Below are positions 1 through 13,058 of a DNA stretch of 64,000 nt, in pieces (position 1 is the first letter of the stretch; each line of letters opens with the position of its first letter). The position numbers were made by a program, and so were the translations under genes. The stretch spans positions 8,184,001 to 8,248,000 of the forward strand of contig OX597831.1 in assembly GCA_951406725.2 (NCBI GenBank), in the 5' to 3' direction. This stretch comes from Octopus vulgaris. Lineage: Eukaryota. A model generated the notes under the pieces. That model saw only the letters and a program-made list of their open reading frames with translations, ran no database searches and was not told the origin of the DNA.

Positions 1-271
1 CTTTTTACGTTCTGAGATTTAATAATAAATTTTTAGAGAGTTACTTCCCTTATATATGCCAAAAATGCATTAAAAATGGGAAAAATTGATGGTAAATTTT
101 TTTTTAAATCGTAGACTCATCGTAGATGCGTGCTAATACCCAGAAGGGCTCGATATGAATCACGACTATAAGATACCTGGTTTTGGTTAAGCTGCACCGC
201 AAAATGTGGGAGTAGTTAGGAATCTAAATTGTAGGAGACAGACACACAACTTCACTTTTATATATAAAGAT
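1..271 (-). mobile_element. Non-autonomous Helitron-like element, 5' end (runs off window start)
   Basis: Minus strand begins A|TCTTTATATATAAAAGTGAAGTTGTGTGTCTGTCT: a 5'-TC terminus, then a TATATAAAA block and a GT/GTCT microsatellite seed. This layout is typical of small non-autonomous Helitrons. The 3' end is outside the window. Confidence 0.55.
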
Positions 272-541
272 GTATCTTTGCTTAATTCTTCAACTACTGC
301 ACTTTATTCCTAACCATTCCGACCCTTTTCTCTTTGCATCTTCTTTCTCTGCAATTGCACCTCCGCTTCCTTTTTTCTTTTCTGGCATAACCAAAACACA
401 TGATACGCAGCTAGCCTCATTATGTATGCATTCTTTGCACCTAACACCCCACCTCTCTCTCTCTCTCAACATAGGCTCCATATATGGTCATCATGTTTTG
501 GATATACATTTTTATCTAAACTTTCTGATCTTCATTACTCA

Positions 542-757
542 TTAATCTTTAGTATTCAGATTAATCTGTCAAATTTCTTCATGTTGTTTCAAATTAATCA
601 TGCATTATCTCGTAGATTTGAGATTTCAATGATGTGATTATTTATCTTTAAAATGACATTGTAGGGTAGGTGTGAGAGGCTGGATCTGGCTAGTTTGAGC
701 ATAAAACAGGTAGAGTATTTGGCCTGGTTATGGATGGTTTAAATGCTGAAGGGTTAA
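542..757. mobile_element. piggyBac-type MITE, family A
   Basis: TTAA at both ends; right terminus ...AATGCTGAAGGG-TTAA. Homologous copies at 39773-39983 and 41505-41714. Confidence 0.75.
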
Positions 758-1180
758 CATTAATATTCTAATCTTAAAACTGGAAACTCTCCATGTATTG
801 GTAGTCAAAACTCTCCACACGCTGGTAATGCCTATTATCGTTTAACTTTAGACACATTTAAAAACTCATTTTTAAATATGCCATAATTAGTCATTTTGAA
901 ATAGCTTTTCCGTGTTAATTTTCTTTATTCTCTCTAATTCCTTCCTACTTAATTACTTAGAACCCACACTGCTTGCCTTCCTTGCAACTCTATTATCCAG
1001 TAATTCTATCCTATTGCTTCACACCGTCTTTTCTCATTTCATTATCAACACTCGGCACTTTTTTTTAATCTTGCAACTTCATCTTAATGTACGATTTGCA
1101 CTGAAGAGTCTATTCCATCTTTGTTTATTGCAAACAGCTTTTACTCATCCATAAATACAGTGTTGTTACTAGTGCTGCTG

Positions 1181-1227
<47 letters not shown>

Positions 1228-1489
1228 ATGTACTACCTGTCTCACGTTACACACACACAGATATATGTTTCTAACCTTTCCTTGGCAGTAATGTTAAAAG
1301 CACCACCATTCATTACACAAAAAGCAAAAACGGTCGGAAGCTATCATCTTGGAAAATTCTATGATTAATCTCTGAATAATTCTGAAATATTCACCAGAAT
1401 TGTCTTCTTTATTTATTTATTTACTTATTTATTTTTTTACTCTTCTGCAGAAATTGATATTCTTTAACTATTTGAGCCAACAAGATGGC

Positions 1490-1705
1490 TTGGTTGCTCT
1501 TGCTGGCTAGAAATAGCAACCAAAATCTCCCTCTTGTCAGATGTCACCATCTTAAAAAGAGAATGACACATTTGAAAATGTAATCCAAGATAGGTTATGC
1601 CTTCAAAGAAAAGAAAAGGTGGGGGTTGTATTCAGAACACCTTTAACTATATATCTGCTTGCTTGATTAAGGCCAAGGTTGTTTTAGGGCAAAACAGCAA
1701 CAATA
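1490..1705 (+). mobile_element. Old SINE-like repeat, family 5 (GCTAGAAATAGCAGCCAAA ... TTTGATCATAGGTCTGCT)
   Basis: Same motifs recur at about 20635-20930(+), 34320-34470(+), 37358-37570(-), 39675-39760(-), 40720-40895(-), 43385-43580(+), 56790-56860(+) and 56970-57130(-). Confidence 0.6.
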
Positions 1706-1921
1706 AACTCCTTAACTGGAAAATGGAAACTGAAAGAGTGGACAGTCCTTCTGTTCAGAATACTGGGAACTTCACTTGAAATAGCAATTTTGCTTTACTC
1801 TTTCTGTCGCCTCCTGTCCCCCCAATAATACAAGTCTTTCCAATGCAGGCCACCACCTCTCCTTCTGATTCCGATTTCATTTAATTCCTTGCTTGTTTAT
1901 TTTCTTATTTGTCTACTTCAA

Positions 1922-2346
1922 ATCATATGGTTTCAGGTTCAGTCCCACTGCATGCACCTCGATCAAGTGTCTTCTGCTATAGACTCTGGCTGACCAAAGC
2001 CTTGTGAATGGATTTGGTGAATGGAAACTAAAAAGAAACCCATCCTATAGATGTGTGTGTGTGTATGTGTGTGTGTGTGTGTTTGTGTCTCCTTGTCTTG
2101 ACAAAACATGGTAGTTGTAAATGAATGTCACTGTTATACAAGCAGTGTCATTCATTTGCAATCATCCATGAAAACATGTCTGGCCATGGGAGAAATGCTA
2201 CCTTAATTGGAAACAGGTGAAGGCAGGCAACAGAAGAGGCATTTGGCCATTGAAAATCCATCTCAGTAAACTCTGTCCAACCCATGCAAGCATAGAAAAG
2301 TGGTGGCGGTGGTGGTTGTGATGATGATGGTGATGATGATGATGAG
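1922..2346 (+). mobile_element. SINE family 2 (tRNA/CORE-like head, internal TG microsatellite) with RTE-type tail B ending (GAT)n
   Basis: GGTTCAGTCCCACTG B-box-like head and CAAGTGTCTTCT core, then (TG)n, then ...CCAACCCATGCAAGCATAGAAAAG-(GAT)n tail. Confidence 0.8.
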
Positions 2347-2816
2347 GATCTGCTACTCCTATCATCTTGAATGAAGCATTCTGTAATTGCAAGAAGTAAC
2401 AATATTTTCGCCAGCCTCTCTTTACTGTCGCTCCTGCAACCCATTGCCTTTCTTAAGTAATGTCACTTTCTGCCTTCCTGCAATCATTAGAAGATCCCTG
2501 TTCTTTCAGTGCTCTGCCATTGCCTTGGCTTGACTATATCTCCCCCCCCCCTTTCCATCTCCCTATAAATACTGTCCACCATAAACTCAACCTGAACAAC
2601 TTCCACATCAGTGAACGATGCAATGATGTTGCTGTTATTGTCTTTATCTGAAATACTTCAAACATTCAACTGTCTTCCTCCTTTCTTCTGTCTTGGTGCA
2701 TGATGGGGATGGTGGTGGTGGTGGTAGTGTTGGTATAGAAGCGGTATTCATCATTGGCATCATCATCATCACCATCATGTTGTTGTTGTTATGATCATCA
2801 TCTTCATATTATTATT

Positions 2817-3009
2817 AAGGTGGCGAGCTGGCAGAGTTGTTAGTGGTGTTTCATCTGTCGCTACGCTCTGAGTTCAAATTCCACCAAGGTCGACTTTGCC
2901 TTCCATCCTTTCAGGGTCAGTAAATTAAGTACCAGTGGAATTCTGGACTTGATGTAATCGTCTAATCCCCTCCACCAAAACTTCAAGCCTTGTGCCTATA
3001 GCAGAAAGG

Positions 3010-3056
<47 letters not shown>

Positions 3057-3470
3057 GGTGGCGAGCTGGCAGAATCGTTAGCACACTGGACAAAATGCTT
3101 AGTGGTATTTCGCCTGTCACTCTGTTCTGAGTTCAAATTCTGCCATGGTCAAGCTGGCCTTTCATCCTTTCAGGGTCGATAAAATAAGTACGAGTAAAAT
3201 TCTGGGGTCAATGTAATCAACTCCTCCCCTCCCTCCAAATTGCTGCCCTTGTGGCACAATTTGAAACCATTATTATCATCATTATCATTCCAAACTGGCA
3301 GAATCGTTACTGTGTCTGGCCAAATGCTTTGCACCATTTCTTCTGGTTTAATGATCTGAGGTCAACTTTGCCTTTCATCCTTTCGGGACTGATAAAATAA
3401 GTACCGGTGAAGGACTGGGGTCGATGTAATCAAAATTGCTGGCCATGTGCCAAGATTAGAAAAAAATTAT
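2817..3470 (+). mobile_element. Three tandem SINE family 1 copies (tRNA head + Deu/Nin-like domain) separated by (TTA)n
   Basis: Copies at about 2817-3010, 3055-3270 and 3293-3470, each with (AAGGTGGCGAG)CTGGCAGA...GCCTTTCATCCTTTCGGG..GATAAAATAAGTAC...CTGGGGTCGATGTAATC. Confidence 0.85.
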
Positions 3471-4190
3471 TATTAATTTTTTTTTTTTATTATAATACAT
3501 TGTAATTGTAGTTGCAGCAACAGCAGCAGCTGTGGTGGTGGTGGTGGTGATAGCGGTGGTTGCAGCAATGGTAGTCAGTAGTAGTAGTAGTCGGTGATTT
3601 TGTTACATTGGTGGAAGTAATGCAGATGTTGTGATATATGGAGGGTTAAGTTGGTACTTCTTCGTTTCTGTTTTCTTTTTCTTTAACGACCTAAATATAT
3701 CATCACACTCATGATCATCACCACCACCACCACCACCAGCAACACTTTAGACAATGTCATCGCCCTCACTCATCACAAACACCGCCATGATTGCAAATAC
3801 CACCACCACCATCATCATCATCAACACTAAGACTTTTACATCATCAAGATGTAGACATTGTTTGCCATTAGAGATGCAATTGTTAATAATTGCAGACTCT
3901 ATTAAATCTATCATCTTTGATGCCATCATCACCATCATCACCACCATCATCATCGTTGTCATCCCTGACTCTGCCATTGTATGACTATTGTTCATCCTGT
4001 TGACAGCATTTGTATTAAGACAAGAAACTCAATATATCGTATAATTTATTTAACTTTCTGTTAATTTACATCTGGGAGTTTCCATCAAACTGACTAATGC
4101 TTTGGTAATAATTATATATACACACATATGTGTATGTGTGTGCATATATATACATATACACACTAACACACTCACACACATGTATATATA

Positions 4191-4274
<84 letters not shown>

Positions 4275-4294
4275 TGCTTGTAATAAATATATAA

Positions 4295-4790
4295 ATGATG
4301 CTGTGTGGTTAAGAAGTTGGTTTTGCAACCTCGTGATCTGGGGTTTTGTCACAGTATTTGGCATCTTGGGCAAGTTTTGGAACTGTACAGAGGTCTATTG
4401 TATTTCTATATATGGGCAGGAGAAACGCACACAGGCATGCAACATGCACACGTGCATACATATGCACGTGCGCCCATCTTTGCACCGACACCATTCGGTT
4501 AGCAAATGGTGATGTTTACAGGTCAGAGGAGCAATAAGTCCAGCCACTCAGTAGTTTGGGTGGAGTTGTGGAATAAAAAGTGCCTTCGTTGAAGAGCAAT
4601 TAAGTGTCGGTATCAAGAATGTAATCCAACCATAGAAAAATGCTTTGACTAGTTTCATCCAACCCATACCAGCATGGAAAAGGCAGACGTAGCAACAATG
4701 GTGATAATGATGATGATGACAATGATGATGATGTTGATGTTGATGACGACGATGATGATGTTGATGACAATGACGATGATATTGATGACA
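4295..4790 (+). mobile_element. Degenerate SINE family 2 with tail B and (GAT)n
   Basis: GCTGTGTGGTTAAGAAG...GGCATCTTGGGCAAG head; CCAACCCATACCAGCATGGAAAAGGCAGACG tail. Confidence 0.65.
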
Positions 4791-5104
4791 ACGATATACA
4801 TACACATACACACATGCCCATGTACACACACGTGATTGAATTATTACAAACAAGACTTAACTTGTCTTCTTATTTATTAATGATGTTTTCAGGTTTCCTG
4901 TTCTGTTATTATGTGGAATAATGGATACGGTTTTAAATTTGGCATCATTAATGATATTATTTGTTACAAATCATTCCCATAATCCTCACAGCCTGCTATG
5001 AAAACACAACCATTAAAAAACAGAAATATATAATTAACCACCTTTTCTTCCTGAAGATAAGACCAAGAAGATTTGGAAGCATTAATGGAGCTAAGGCTCT
5101 GTTA

Positions 5105-5289
5105 TCTTTTTATCTTTCACTTGTTTCAGTTATTGGATCATGGCCATGATACAGCAACCTCTTGAAAGGTTAAATCAATCGTGCCAACCGCAGTTCCTAT
5201 TTGTAAGTCTGGTATTATTCCAGCAGTCTCTTTTGCTGAACCACTAAGTTACAGGAATGTAAAGAAACCAACGCCAGTTGTCAAATGGT

Positions 5290-5320
<31 letters not shown>

Positions 5321-5430
5321 TCCAACAGTCTGGAACTCTAGTAGAAGCCCCTTGTCAAAGGCGCTGTGCAGTGGGACTGAATCCGAAACCATGTGGTTGC
5401 AGAGCAAGCTCCTTAACCATACAGCCATTC
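5105..5430 (-). mobile_element. SINE family 2 with tail A
   Basis: Reverse complement matches the full copy at 32603-33003; internal (CA)n. Confidence 0.8.
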
Positions 5431-5477
5431 TTTTACCCATTTTCTGTCACTGTTTTAAACTTTTAACGAGCAGCTAA

Positions 5478-5780
5478 TGAGTTGCCCATGTTGAGGGTTC
5501 CACTTGATCCAATCAACGGAACAACCTGCTTGCGAAATTGACGTGCAAGTGGCTGAGCACTCCACAGACACACGTACTCTTAATACACTTCTCAGGGAGA
5601 TTCTGCATGACACGGAATGGGACAAGGTCAGCCCTTTTTGAATTACAGGTATTACTCATTTTTGCTAGCTGAGTGGGTTGGAGCAATAAAGTGAAATAAA
5701 GAGTCTTGCTCAAGGACACAACATGCTACCAGGAATCAAACTCATCACCTTACAATTATGAGCCGAATATCCTAGCCACC
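5478..5780 (-). mobile_element. tRNA-derived CORE-type SINE, family 3 variant
   Basis: Minus strand: A/B-box-like head, then TGTTGTGTCCTTGAGCAAGACTCTTTATTTCAC...TTGCTCCA..CACTCAGCT. This block is shared with 29343-29680 but the 3' half differs. Confidence 0.75.
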
Positions 5781-6541
5781 ACCACCACCATTGTCACCAC
5801 CACCACCACCATCACCGTCATCACCACCACCACCATCATCATTATCACCACCACCACCATCATCATCACCATCATCACTACCACCATCATCACTATCACC
5901 ATCATCATCATCACCACCATCATCATCACCATTTGATGACTAGTTTTCCAAACTGGCAAGAATTGGACAGGTTTTCTGCCGCAGTGCTGTGCAGCCAGAT
6001 GCCTTTCCTGTTGCCAACCTTTTCAGTCAATACTTATGACATGCAGGGAACATGCTTACATGGTTTACCGGTTCTAAAACCTGGACCCACATGGGAATAA
6101 CCTACACTAAAAATATAGGAAATTAATTTTAAAAATATGAAAAAAAAAAAAAACTGTAATAAAAAAAAAAGGGGCTAAACTCAAACTCTTTCATCTCTAC
6201 TCAGTGTTTTGAAGGAAAATACTTTACACACACACACACACGCCAAGGAAAGAGAGTTTCTTCAGGCCATATTCTTCAGTGTGTACATGGCTGTGTTCAA
6301 GCTTAATCTGTGTGCCTGAGTATGCATGCATGTTATTTTAATGATATGACTCATTCCACCGTTCCACCAAGATTCTTTTTGTCATCTGAACAGATGCAAA
6401 AGTTTAAAAAAACAACAAAACCTGTATCTTGGGGTAGTAACAGGGTGAATCATCAACTTTGAAGAAATATACTCTTAATTCATGTATTGAGTACTTTGTC
6501 TCCTGATTGTTTGTTTAAACACACATATCTACCTATATCTA

Positions 6542-6591
<50 letters not shown>

Positions 6592-6609
6592 TGAGTGTAT
6601 TTTACCTTG

Positions 6610-6655
<46 letters not shown>

Positions 6656-7400
6656 CTGTTTATCATACTATATTTTATTATATATGTTTATATATAATAG
6701 AGATATGTACATATACGTATATATGTGAGTGGGTGTATAGATGTATATATATACGTGTGTGTGTGTGTGTGTGTGTGTGTACACATGCACATAAACACGT
6801 AAATATTCTTAGCAGGAGAATAAAGACTGAGAGAGTATTGTTATTTCGAGCATCAGATGGGGGCAGGGGTGGGGACAGGGTTTGTGTGGGTGGTTTCGAG
6901 AAGGAGAATAATTTGTTTACAAATTACTCTCTTATTGCGCTACCTGCAGAGAAAACCAGAGGGACAACTAACGTTCGCATGTACAGTAATAAGGTTGTCT
7001 GCTTTTTTTGTCATCATCATCATCATCATCATCAGAAGCAGCAGCAGCAGCACCATCACCATTATATACAGTGGTGGTGGTGGTGGTTGTGGTGGTGGTG
7101 GTGGTGGCGGTTGTAGTAGTAGTAGATGATGTTACATTAGTGGAGGTGACACAAAAGGTAGAAAGCATAATTGTTATGGCAATTTTGTTGCATTTGGCGT
7201 GAGGGTGGGGTGCAGAAGGGGGGAGATTGGGAGTGGAGGGAGAGAGAGAGCGAGGCATAGGGAGAGAAGGAGATTGGTAGAGATAGAGAGAGAAATAGAA
7301 GGGGAGAGAGAAAGAGAGAGAGAGAGAGAAAGCAGCAAAGAGCCTCTTTGGAATTCCAAGTCTAATTTGTTATTTACAAAATCCTCTTCTACTGGTTCCC

Positions 7401-7413
7401 AGCCAATCAGCTG
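7401..7413 (+). promoter_or_regulatory. CCAAT/NF-Y-type box (AGCCAATCAG) overlapping E-box CAGCTG
   Basis: Exact RRCCAATCAG match in unique sequence just after a GA-rich tract, about 100 bp upstream of a candidate exon. Motif match only. Confidence 0.25.
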
Positions 7414-7513
7414 TGCTACTAAAATGTGAAGAATAACAGTAATGAAAATGGAAATAACATTATTAACCAAAGACTTGTTTGTTTTGTTGTCTCTGCTTAA
7501 TTTTTTTTTGCAG

Positions 7514-7557
7514 TTCGGATCTCAACACAGCCCTACATTATGTTGACACTAACTTAG
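7514..7557 (+). other. Candidate 44-nt exon (probably 5' UTR)
   Basis: CTTAAT branch-like motif, T9-GCAG| acceptor and TAG|GTGAGG donor. Only one frame is open (SDLNTALHYVDTNL). Confidence 0.4.
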
Positions 7558-7831
7558 GTGAGGGCAGTGAATTTATTGACTCATTAGGCCGTCAGCTAGA
7601 AATGAAATGCTTTTATGGTATAGCTTTTAGCTTTTACATGTTTCAGCCATACTGGAGCACTACTTTGATGGGTTTAGTCAAGCAAATTGGCCCCAGAACT
7701 TGTCTTCTAAGTCTTGTCCTTATTTTATCATTCTCTTTTGCTGAACCCCTAAGTTACACATAAATATAAAAAAAAAACCAACATCAGGTGTCAAGTGGTA
7801 TGGAGATAACTACAAGGACGGGGATGGACAC

Positions 7832-7865
<34 letters not shown>

Positions 7866-8301
7866 TGAGCTACTAGTTTATCCCATCCCCCTCTGACTTT
7901 TAGTTCATACAATTGAAAAAAACTGCATTATTTACGGGATAACCTAACATATATATGTATATATATATATATATATAGACAATATTATAATAAACATTTT
8001 GATATTTGCTCTGTCATCAAACTAGATTTCCATAGCTAAGTGGTTTCATTAATTAAGACATCTAATTAGAAATAATTACTTCAAATGAAAGTAAATATAT
8101 CTCATCTCAAGTTTCAATGAATTAACAACTCATGGATTTATTGTAAGAATGGCTGGGTATTTCCCAACCAAAAATTCCTGGGTAGAATCAGTGTGACACA
8201 GAATGGGACAAAGTTGGCAAAAATAACACAAGCAACTCGTTTGACAAGTTTCAGTACAGTTTCCACCAACCTTAATTTCACTGACAAAATCTGCATCAAC
8301 A

Positions 8302-8530
8302 TTAAACCTTTCGTTATTGTATTTATTTTGAAATGCTCCGTGTTTCTTTCAATTACTTTAAATATAACAAGGAAGTTAGCAAAATAACTTCGTTATCATT
8401 AAGCTAGTGTTAGGAACATAAATTGTGACTAAGGTTTGGTGGAAGATTTTAATTCAAAACTTATGAAAACATGACATTTGTACTACAGGGCCAGAGCCAG
8501 TTTCAGCCGGGTTGGTAACAAAAGGGTTAA
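8302..8530. mobile_element. piggyBac-type MITE, family B
   Basis: TTAA-(A)CCTTTCGTTA ... GTAACAAAAGGG-TTAA; about 229 bp; near-identical to four other copies in the window. Confidence 0.85.
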
Positions 8531-8853
8531 CTATTTTCTGATTAACATAAACACATGAAATTCCTGATGATTTGGATAAACACAGATTTTTGATTAATTA
8601 GGGATCACAATTATGTAATCATACATTTAACGATGCTTGTCCCAATGAAACTGCTATTGAATACAAACTGTGAACTATATCTGAATTTATATTTTTACTG
8701 CTTTTCTTCCCACTTTGTTGCTTTTAAAGAAAACTTTAGCTGAGTAAGCAGGATATACATGCAAGTTTGTTCCACCCGGATTTACCTGTAGGAGTTTTAC
8801 AACCTGTTATTTATAAGCTCTTAATTATCATGCATTTATTTGATGTTTATACA

Positions 8854-8909
<56 letters not shown>

Positions 8910-8910
<1 letters not shown>

Positions 8911-9272
8911 TGGGCATGGCTATATAGTAAGAAGTTTGCTTCCCAACCATATGGTTCTGGGTTCAGTCCCACTGCATGGCACCTTGGGCAAGTGTTTTCT
9001 ACTATAGCCTCAGGCCAACCAAAACCTTATGAGTGAATTTGGTAGATGGAAACTGAAAGAAGCCTGTCATATATGTATATATTTGTGTGTGTGTGTCTTT
9101 GTATCTGTGTTTACACCCTCATAACTTAGCAGTTTGGAAAATGAGACTGATAGAATAAGTACCAGGCTTAAAAGAAATAATTACTGGGGTTGATTCATTC
9201 GACTGAAAATTTTTCATGGTGATGCCCCAGCATGGTCGCAGCCTAATGACTGAAACAAGTAAAAGATAAAAG
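8910..9272 (+). mobile_element. SINE family 2 with tail A
   Basis: Head GGTTCAGTCCCACTGCATGGCACCTTGGGCAAGTG; tail GATGCCCCAGCATGGTCGCAG..TGACTGAAACAAGTAAAAGA. Confidence 0.85.
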
Positions 9273-9616
9273 GTGTGTGTATGTATACTGCATTAATGGC
9301 TTAACAGACAGTGAGGTGTATAGTGACCCACAACCCCTCTTTACAGCGTTAGTAAAGTGTGTGTGTGTCTGTGTGCTTGTAGTTCCAGTTGACTACTTTC
9401 CTGATGTTTTGCAATTTATGTATCAAAAATATTTCTTTACCGTTTTTTTTTTTTGTTTTTTTGGTTTTTCTTTTTGTTGTGTTTGCTTTTCTTTCCTGGT
9501 TTCCAACATTTTCGGAATATGGAAATGGCAATTTCATTTGATTATTTATTTATTCTCCTTCACCGTGAGATATATATATATACTGCTTGGTTCCGCAAAT
9601 GTTTTTTTTCCTGCAG

Positions 9617-9904
9617 ACATTAATTAAGATCAGTGAGATCACTTAAAACTCAGCAGAAGCTGCATCGATTTCAACAGTGCCAAGTGGATTTAGCAAAGGT
9701 CATGGACATCGTAAAAAAATTCCACTGCCAGAGGGAGACATCCATTACTGGCAGCGATATAGGCAACTGTTGCTGATGTCTATCTTGTGGTCTCGTTGTA
9801 ATAAAACAACAAGACCACAAGGCACTCGCTTACTATCAAATGTTAATATCGGATACCATGACCTGTTGGGTGGATACATTAAGGCAATGGTTCTCAGAGG
9901 ACAG
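9617..9904 (+). other. Candidate exon: 5' UTR plus first coding segment
   Basis: T8-CCTGCAG| acceptor, CAG|GTAATC donor, unique higher-complexity sequence. All three frames are closed near the 5' end, consistent with UTR. Confidence 0.5.
9858..9904 (+). CDS. Candidate N-terminal coding segment MTCWVDTLRQWFSED(R/S), phase-2 donor; product unknown
   Basis: ATG in ACCATG Kozak-like context, open to the donor. An alternative phase-0 frame starts at ATG 9776 (MSILWSRC...VLRGQ). No homology recognised. Confidence 0.3.
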
Positions 9905-10459
9905 GTAATCCATTCAGTTTTACGTCTGCTTTTCCATGCTAGCATGAGTTAGATCAGTAGCTCTTGACCATTTTTTTCACCTGTGGATTTCTGTGATTCC
10001 TTTCTTACTCAGACGTATCCTTCTAGCCATTCAATGTTTAAAAAATCATTTTATATTTTTGTAATTAAATATTATTAAATTGTATTAAAAATTTGATAAA
10101 ATATTTTGTGTATTGTAGAAGTATCCCCAATTTATTGCAGTTAAATTTTAACAGCAAAATCTTATACGGATCCCTGTTGAGAACCACTGAGTTGTATAAA
10201 TGTGTTATTGAGGAACTGTTTTACAGACGGATGTTCTTCCTGTTGCTAACCCTTATCTGCTTTGTTGAAGTAAAACCAGGAAATTCATGGCATAACTTTA
10301 CGTTTTTAGCTTGCAATATTTAGAGAAGTGCAAATGTAAACAAAACACACACAAACACACACACTCCTGATGAAACACTTGGCAGTTTTATTATGCTACC
10401 ACTGTTTACTTGGGAAATTATTCCTATTCTTATAATACTTAATTGCATCAAGGTAGCAT

Positions 10460-10651
10460 GACTTACCATATTTCTGTTGAAAATACTTTGCTGTTGTTTC
10501 AATAAATTCTGAAAATAAAGTTAGTGTTTGGAACATGAATTAACATGAAATTTTAGTGAAAGGTTTTAATTTAAATCCCTTTAAAACAGGCTGTTTGAAT
10601 CATAGAATCAGGAAGGGTGGTCTCTGATGGATTGGTATCAATTTGAGTTAA
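10460..10651. mobile_element. Older, diverged relative of MITE family B
   Basis: Shares TTAGTGTTTGGAACAT..AATT..AAGGTTTTAATT and ends GATTGGTATCA...GTTAA. A similar copy at 47990-48700 is split by a SINE. Confidence 0.45.
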
Positions 10652-10741
10652 GAGCAAAATATATTGTGTTGACAATTTGAGAATTAAGTCTTTCAATCCC
10701 AGATACAGCCATTAAAAAAAAATCTGTCTCAATGAATTCTA

Positions 10742-11005
10742 ATTGAACAAATTGACCCCAGTTCTTCTTTTTAAGCCTGGTACTCATTCTGTTGGTCCCT
10801 TTTGCCAAACTGCTAAATTACAGGGATGGAAACACGCCAACACTGGTTTTTGCGCAGTGTTGGGGGGACAAACACACACACTCTCTATGTGCTTTCTTCA
10901 GTCTCCATCTACCAAGTTCCTTCACAAGGTCAGCCTGAAACGAAAGGGCCACACAGATGCCATGTAGTGAGACTGAACCTGGAACTACATGATTGGAAAG
11001 CAAAC
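10742..11005 (-). mobile_element. SINE family 2 (tail A), degenerate
   Basis: Matches the reverse complement of 32603-33003 with internal deletions. Confidence 0.7.
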
Positions 11006-12372
11006 TGCCCCTTTTGTTAAGTTACGTGTAACAATTTAACAAAAGTTTCTAACATAAAACTATAACTGGAGGAATGCAATTTAGCTAAAAACATTTTAAA
11101 TATCAAGATTTTTAGATCATAAAAGCTGAAATAGGTTTGGTTGAGTGAGGATGAAAAGGGTTCGCTTTTTAAATTGCAGAATTTATTTCAGACTTTTCTC
11201 ATGAGTTTATGTCTTGAAACTAAGGAAATGAGATGACAAATTTCGTAGAGTGGACTTTTATTGAGACAAGCATTGCATGTATTTGCTGTAGACAAATGGA
11301 CAAGAAGACGATCGAACTGGTAATTGGAGGAAATGGAGACTATTGACATGCTATTACAATGTTTGAATGTGTGTGTAATTGTGTGTGTGTAAGCAGAAGG
11401 AAACACTAAATGTGTAGGAAAATAGCTTGAGCGTAGGAAGGTGAAAAATAGCTGGAAATAGAGAAGGGTGTTTGGGGACAATGATTTCAAGAAGGTAGCA
11501 GATAAAATGGGAGAGAAAAAGGTGGGTGGGGGGGAGGCTTAGTAATGACAAATCATGCACTTTTTGGGGTTTTTTTTGTTTTGTTTCTTTCGATCTACTT
11601 TGCACTGCATTAGCTGCACCACTGATACCATGTGGTGCTAAAACCCCAAAATCTAGAATCTGTTTTTATTTCTCTTCATCTCAGACGAAGGGCTAGGGCC
11701 TGAAGCTTTTAGATTCTGTGCTTCTCGTGTCACTTGCAATTATTGGATTCTTCTACATACTAGCCACATGGGTATAAGTTCAAAGTGTTCCTGATGCTGC
11801 TACCACTGCACTGCAACTAGTATTACTACCGCTACACTACTACTACTACCACCACCACCACCACCATCACCACTTCAACCACACCTGTCACTGTTATTGT
11901 GTATTGCTCAACATGGAAAATAGCATTGCTTTCATGCATTTTCCTGAACATATAATTGTGTGTGTGTGTGTGTGTGTGTGTGTAAGTACAAATGGCATTT
12001 AAAATTTACTGCAGCTGTTTCAGTAGAATTTTATTTAATGCGCTCATAAAAGATTACATCATAATATACAATCCACCATTATTGGGTAAAATATCAAACT
12101 GTAAGATGCTATCATACCTAGCCATTTCTGGTGTCCTATTAGTTGATAGGCCTTGATTCTTATGAATCCTCATAACAAAATTAGATTGATAGATAGATAG
12201 ATATGTTCCTTTATTAGCCACACAGGGCTGGACACAGAGGGGACAAATTACAAAGTAGAGCTTTTCTTTTTGAGGAGAAAAAGAAAAGATAAAGAGATAG
12301 ACAGACAGACAGACAGACAGATAGACAGATAGATTGATAAAGAGATAGATAGATAGATAGATAAATAGAAAG

Positions 12373-12403
<31 letters not shown>

Positions 12404-13058
12404 TAGATAGATACACACACACATACACACACATACCTATAAAAGAATCACGAGTTTGACAAGTTCAAATGCCTCCACCAAATATTTTTAAAAAAAACTG
12501 TTACATATTCATTATTGCCTCAGTTCATCTGACCAAAAATTATAAAAACAAGATTTTCTCTTAACGTAGTATCTTGTCCTCATTTTCTATGATAGATATT
12601 TAATACAAAACTAAAAGAAAGAAAGAAAAATAAGAGAATAGATTATTTCAGGTTGGACCTATTAAATCCTACAACCCTGGGACCTGGTAATTGCAGGTCC
12701 ATGGGAAAATAATGCCAGAAAATATAAACTGTTCCTCTAATGGGAGAACTCCCAACCCCTTGTGAACATAGTTTTGAAATATAATTTCACATAATCATTG
12801 ATGTCTTATTAAAATTAAAACAAAGCAATAAACAGTAAGATAATACAACTAATAATGCTTCCAAAGGTTTCTCATGATTCTGTGTTTGCCTTTGATGGTG
12901 GGATGAATTAGAAAGAATCATCCAACCAATCAGAGGACTGTGGCATGCTCTGTTGTTTCAAATGGTCACCCAACCCAACAATCCTCTCAAACTGTTCACA
13001 ATCTTCCGAATTGTCGGATCTATCAAATAGTCCACAGTCCTGCAACATAACAGAACCT

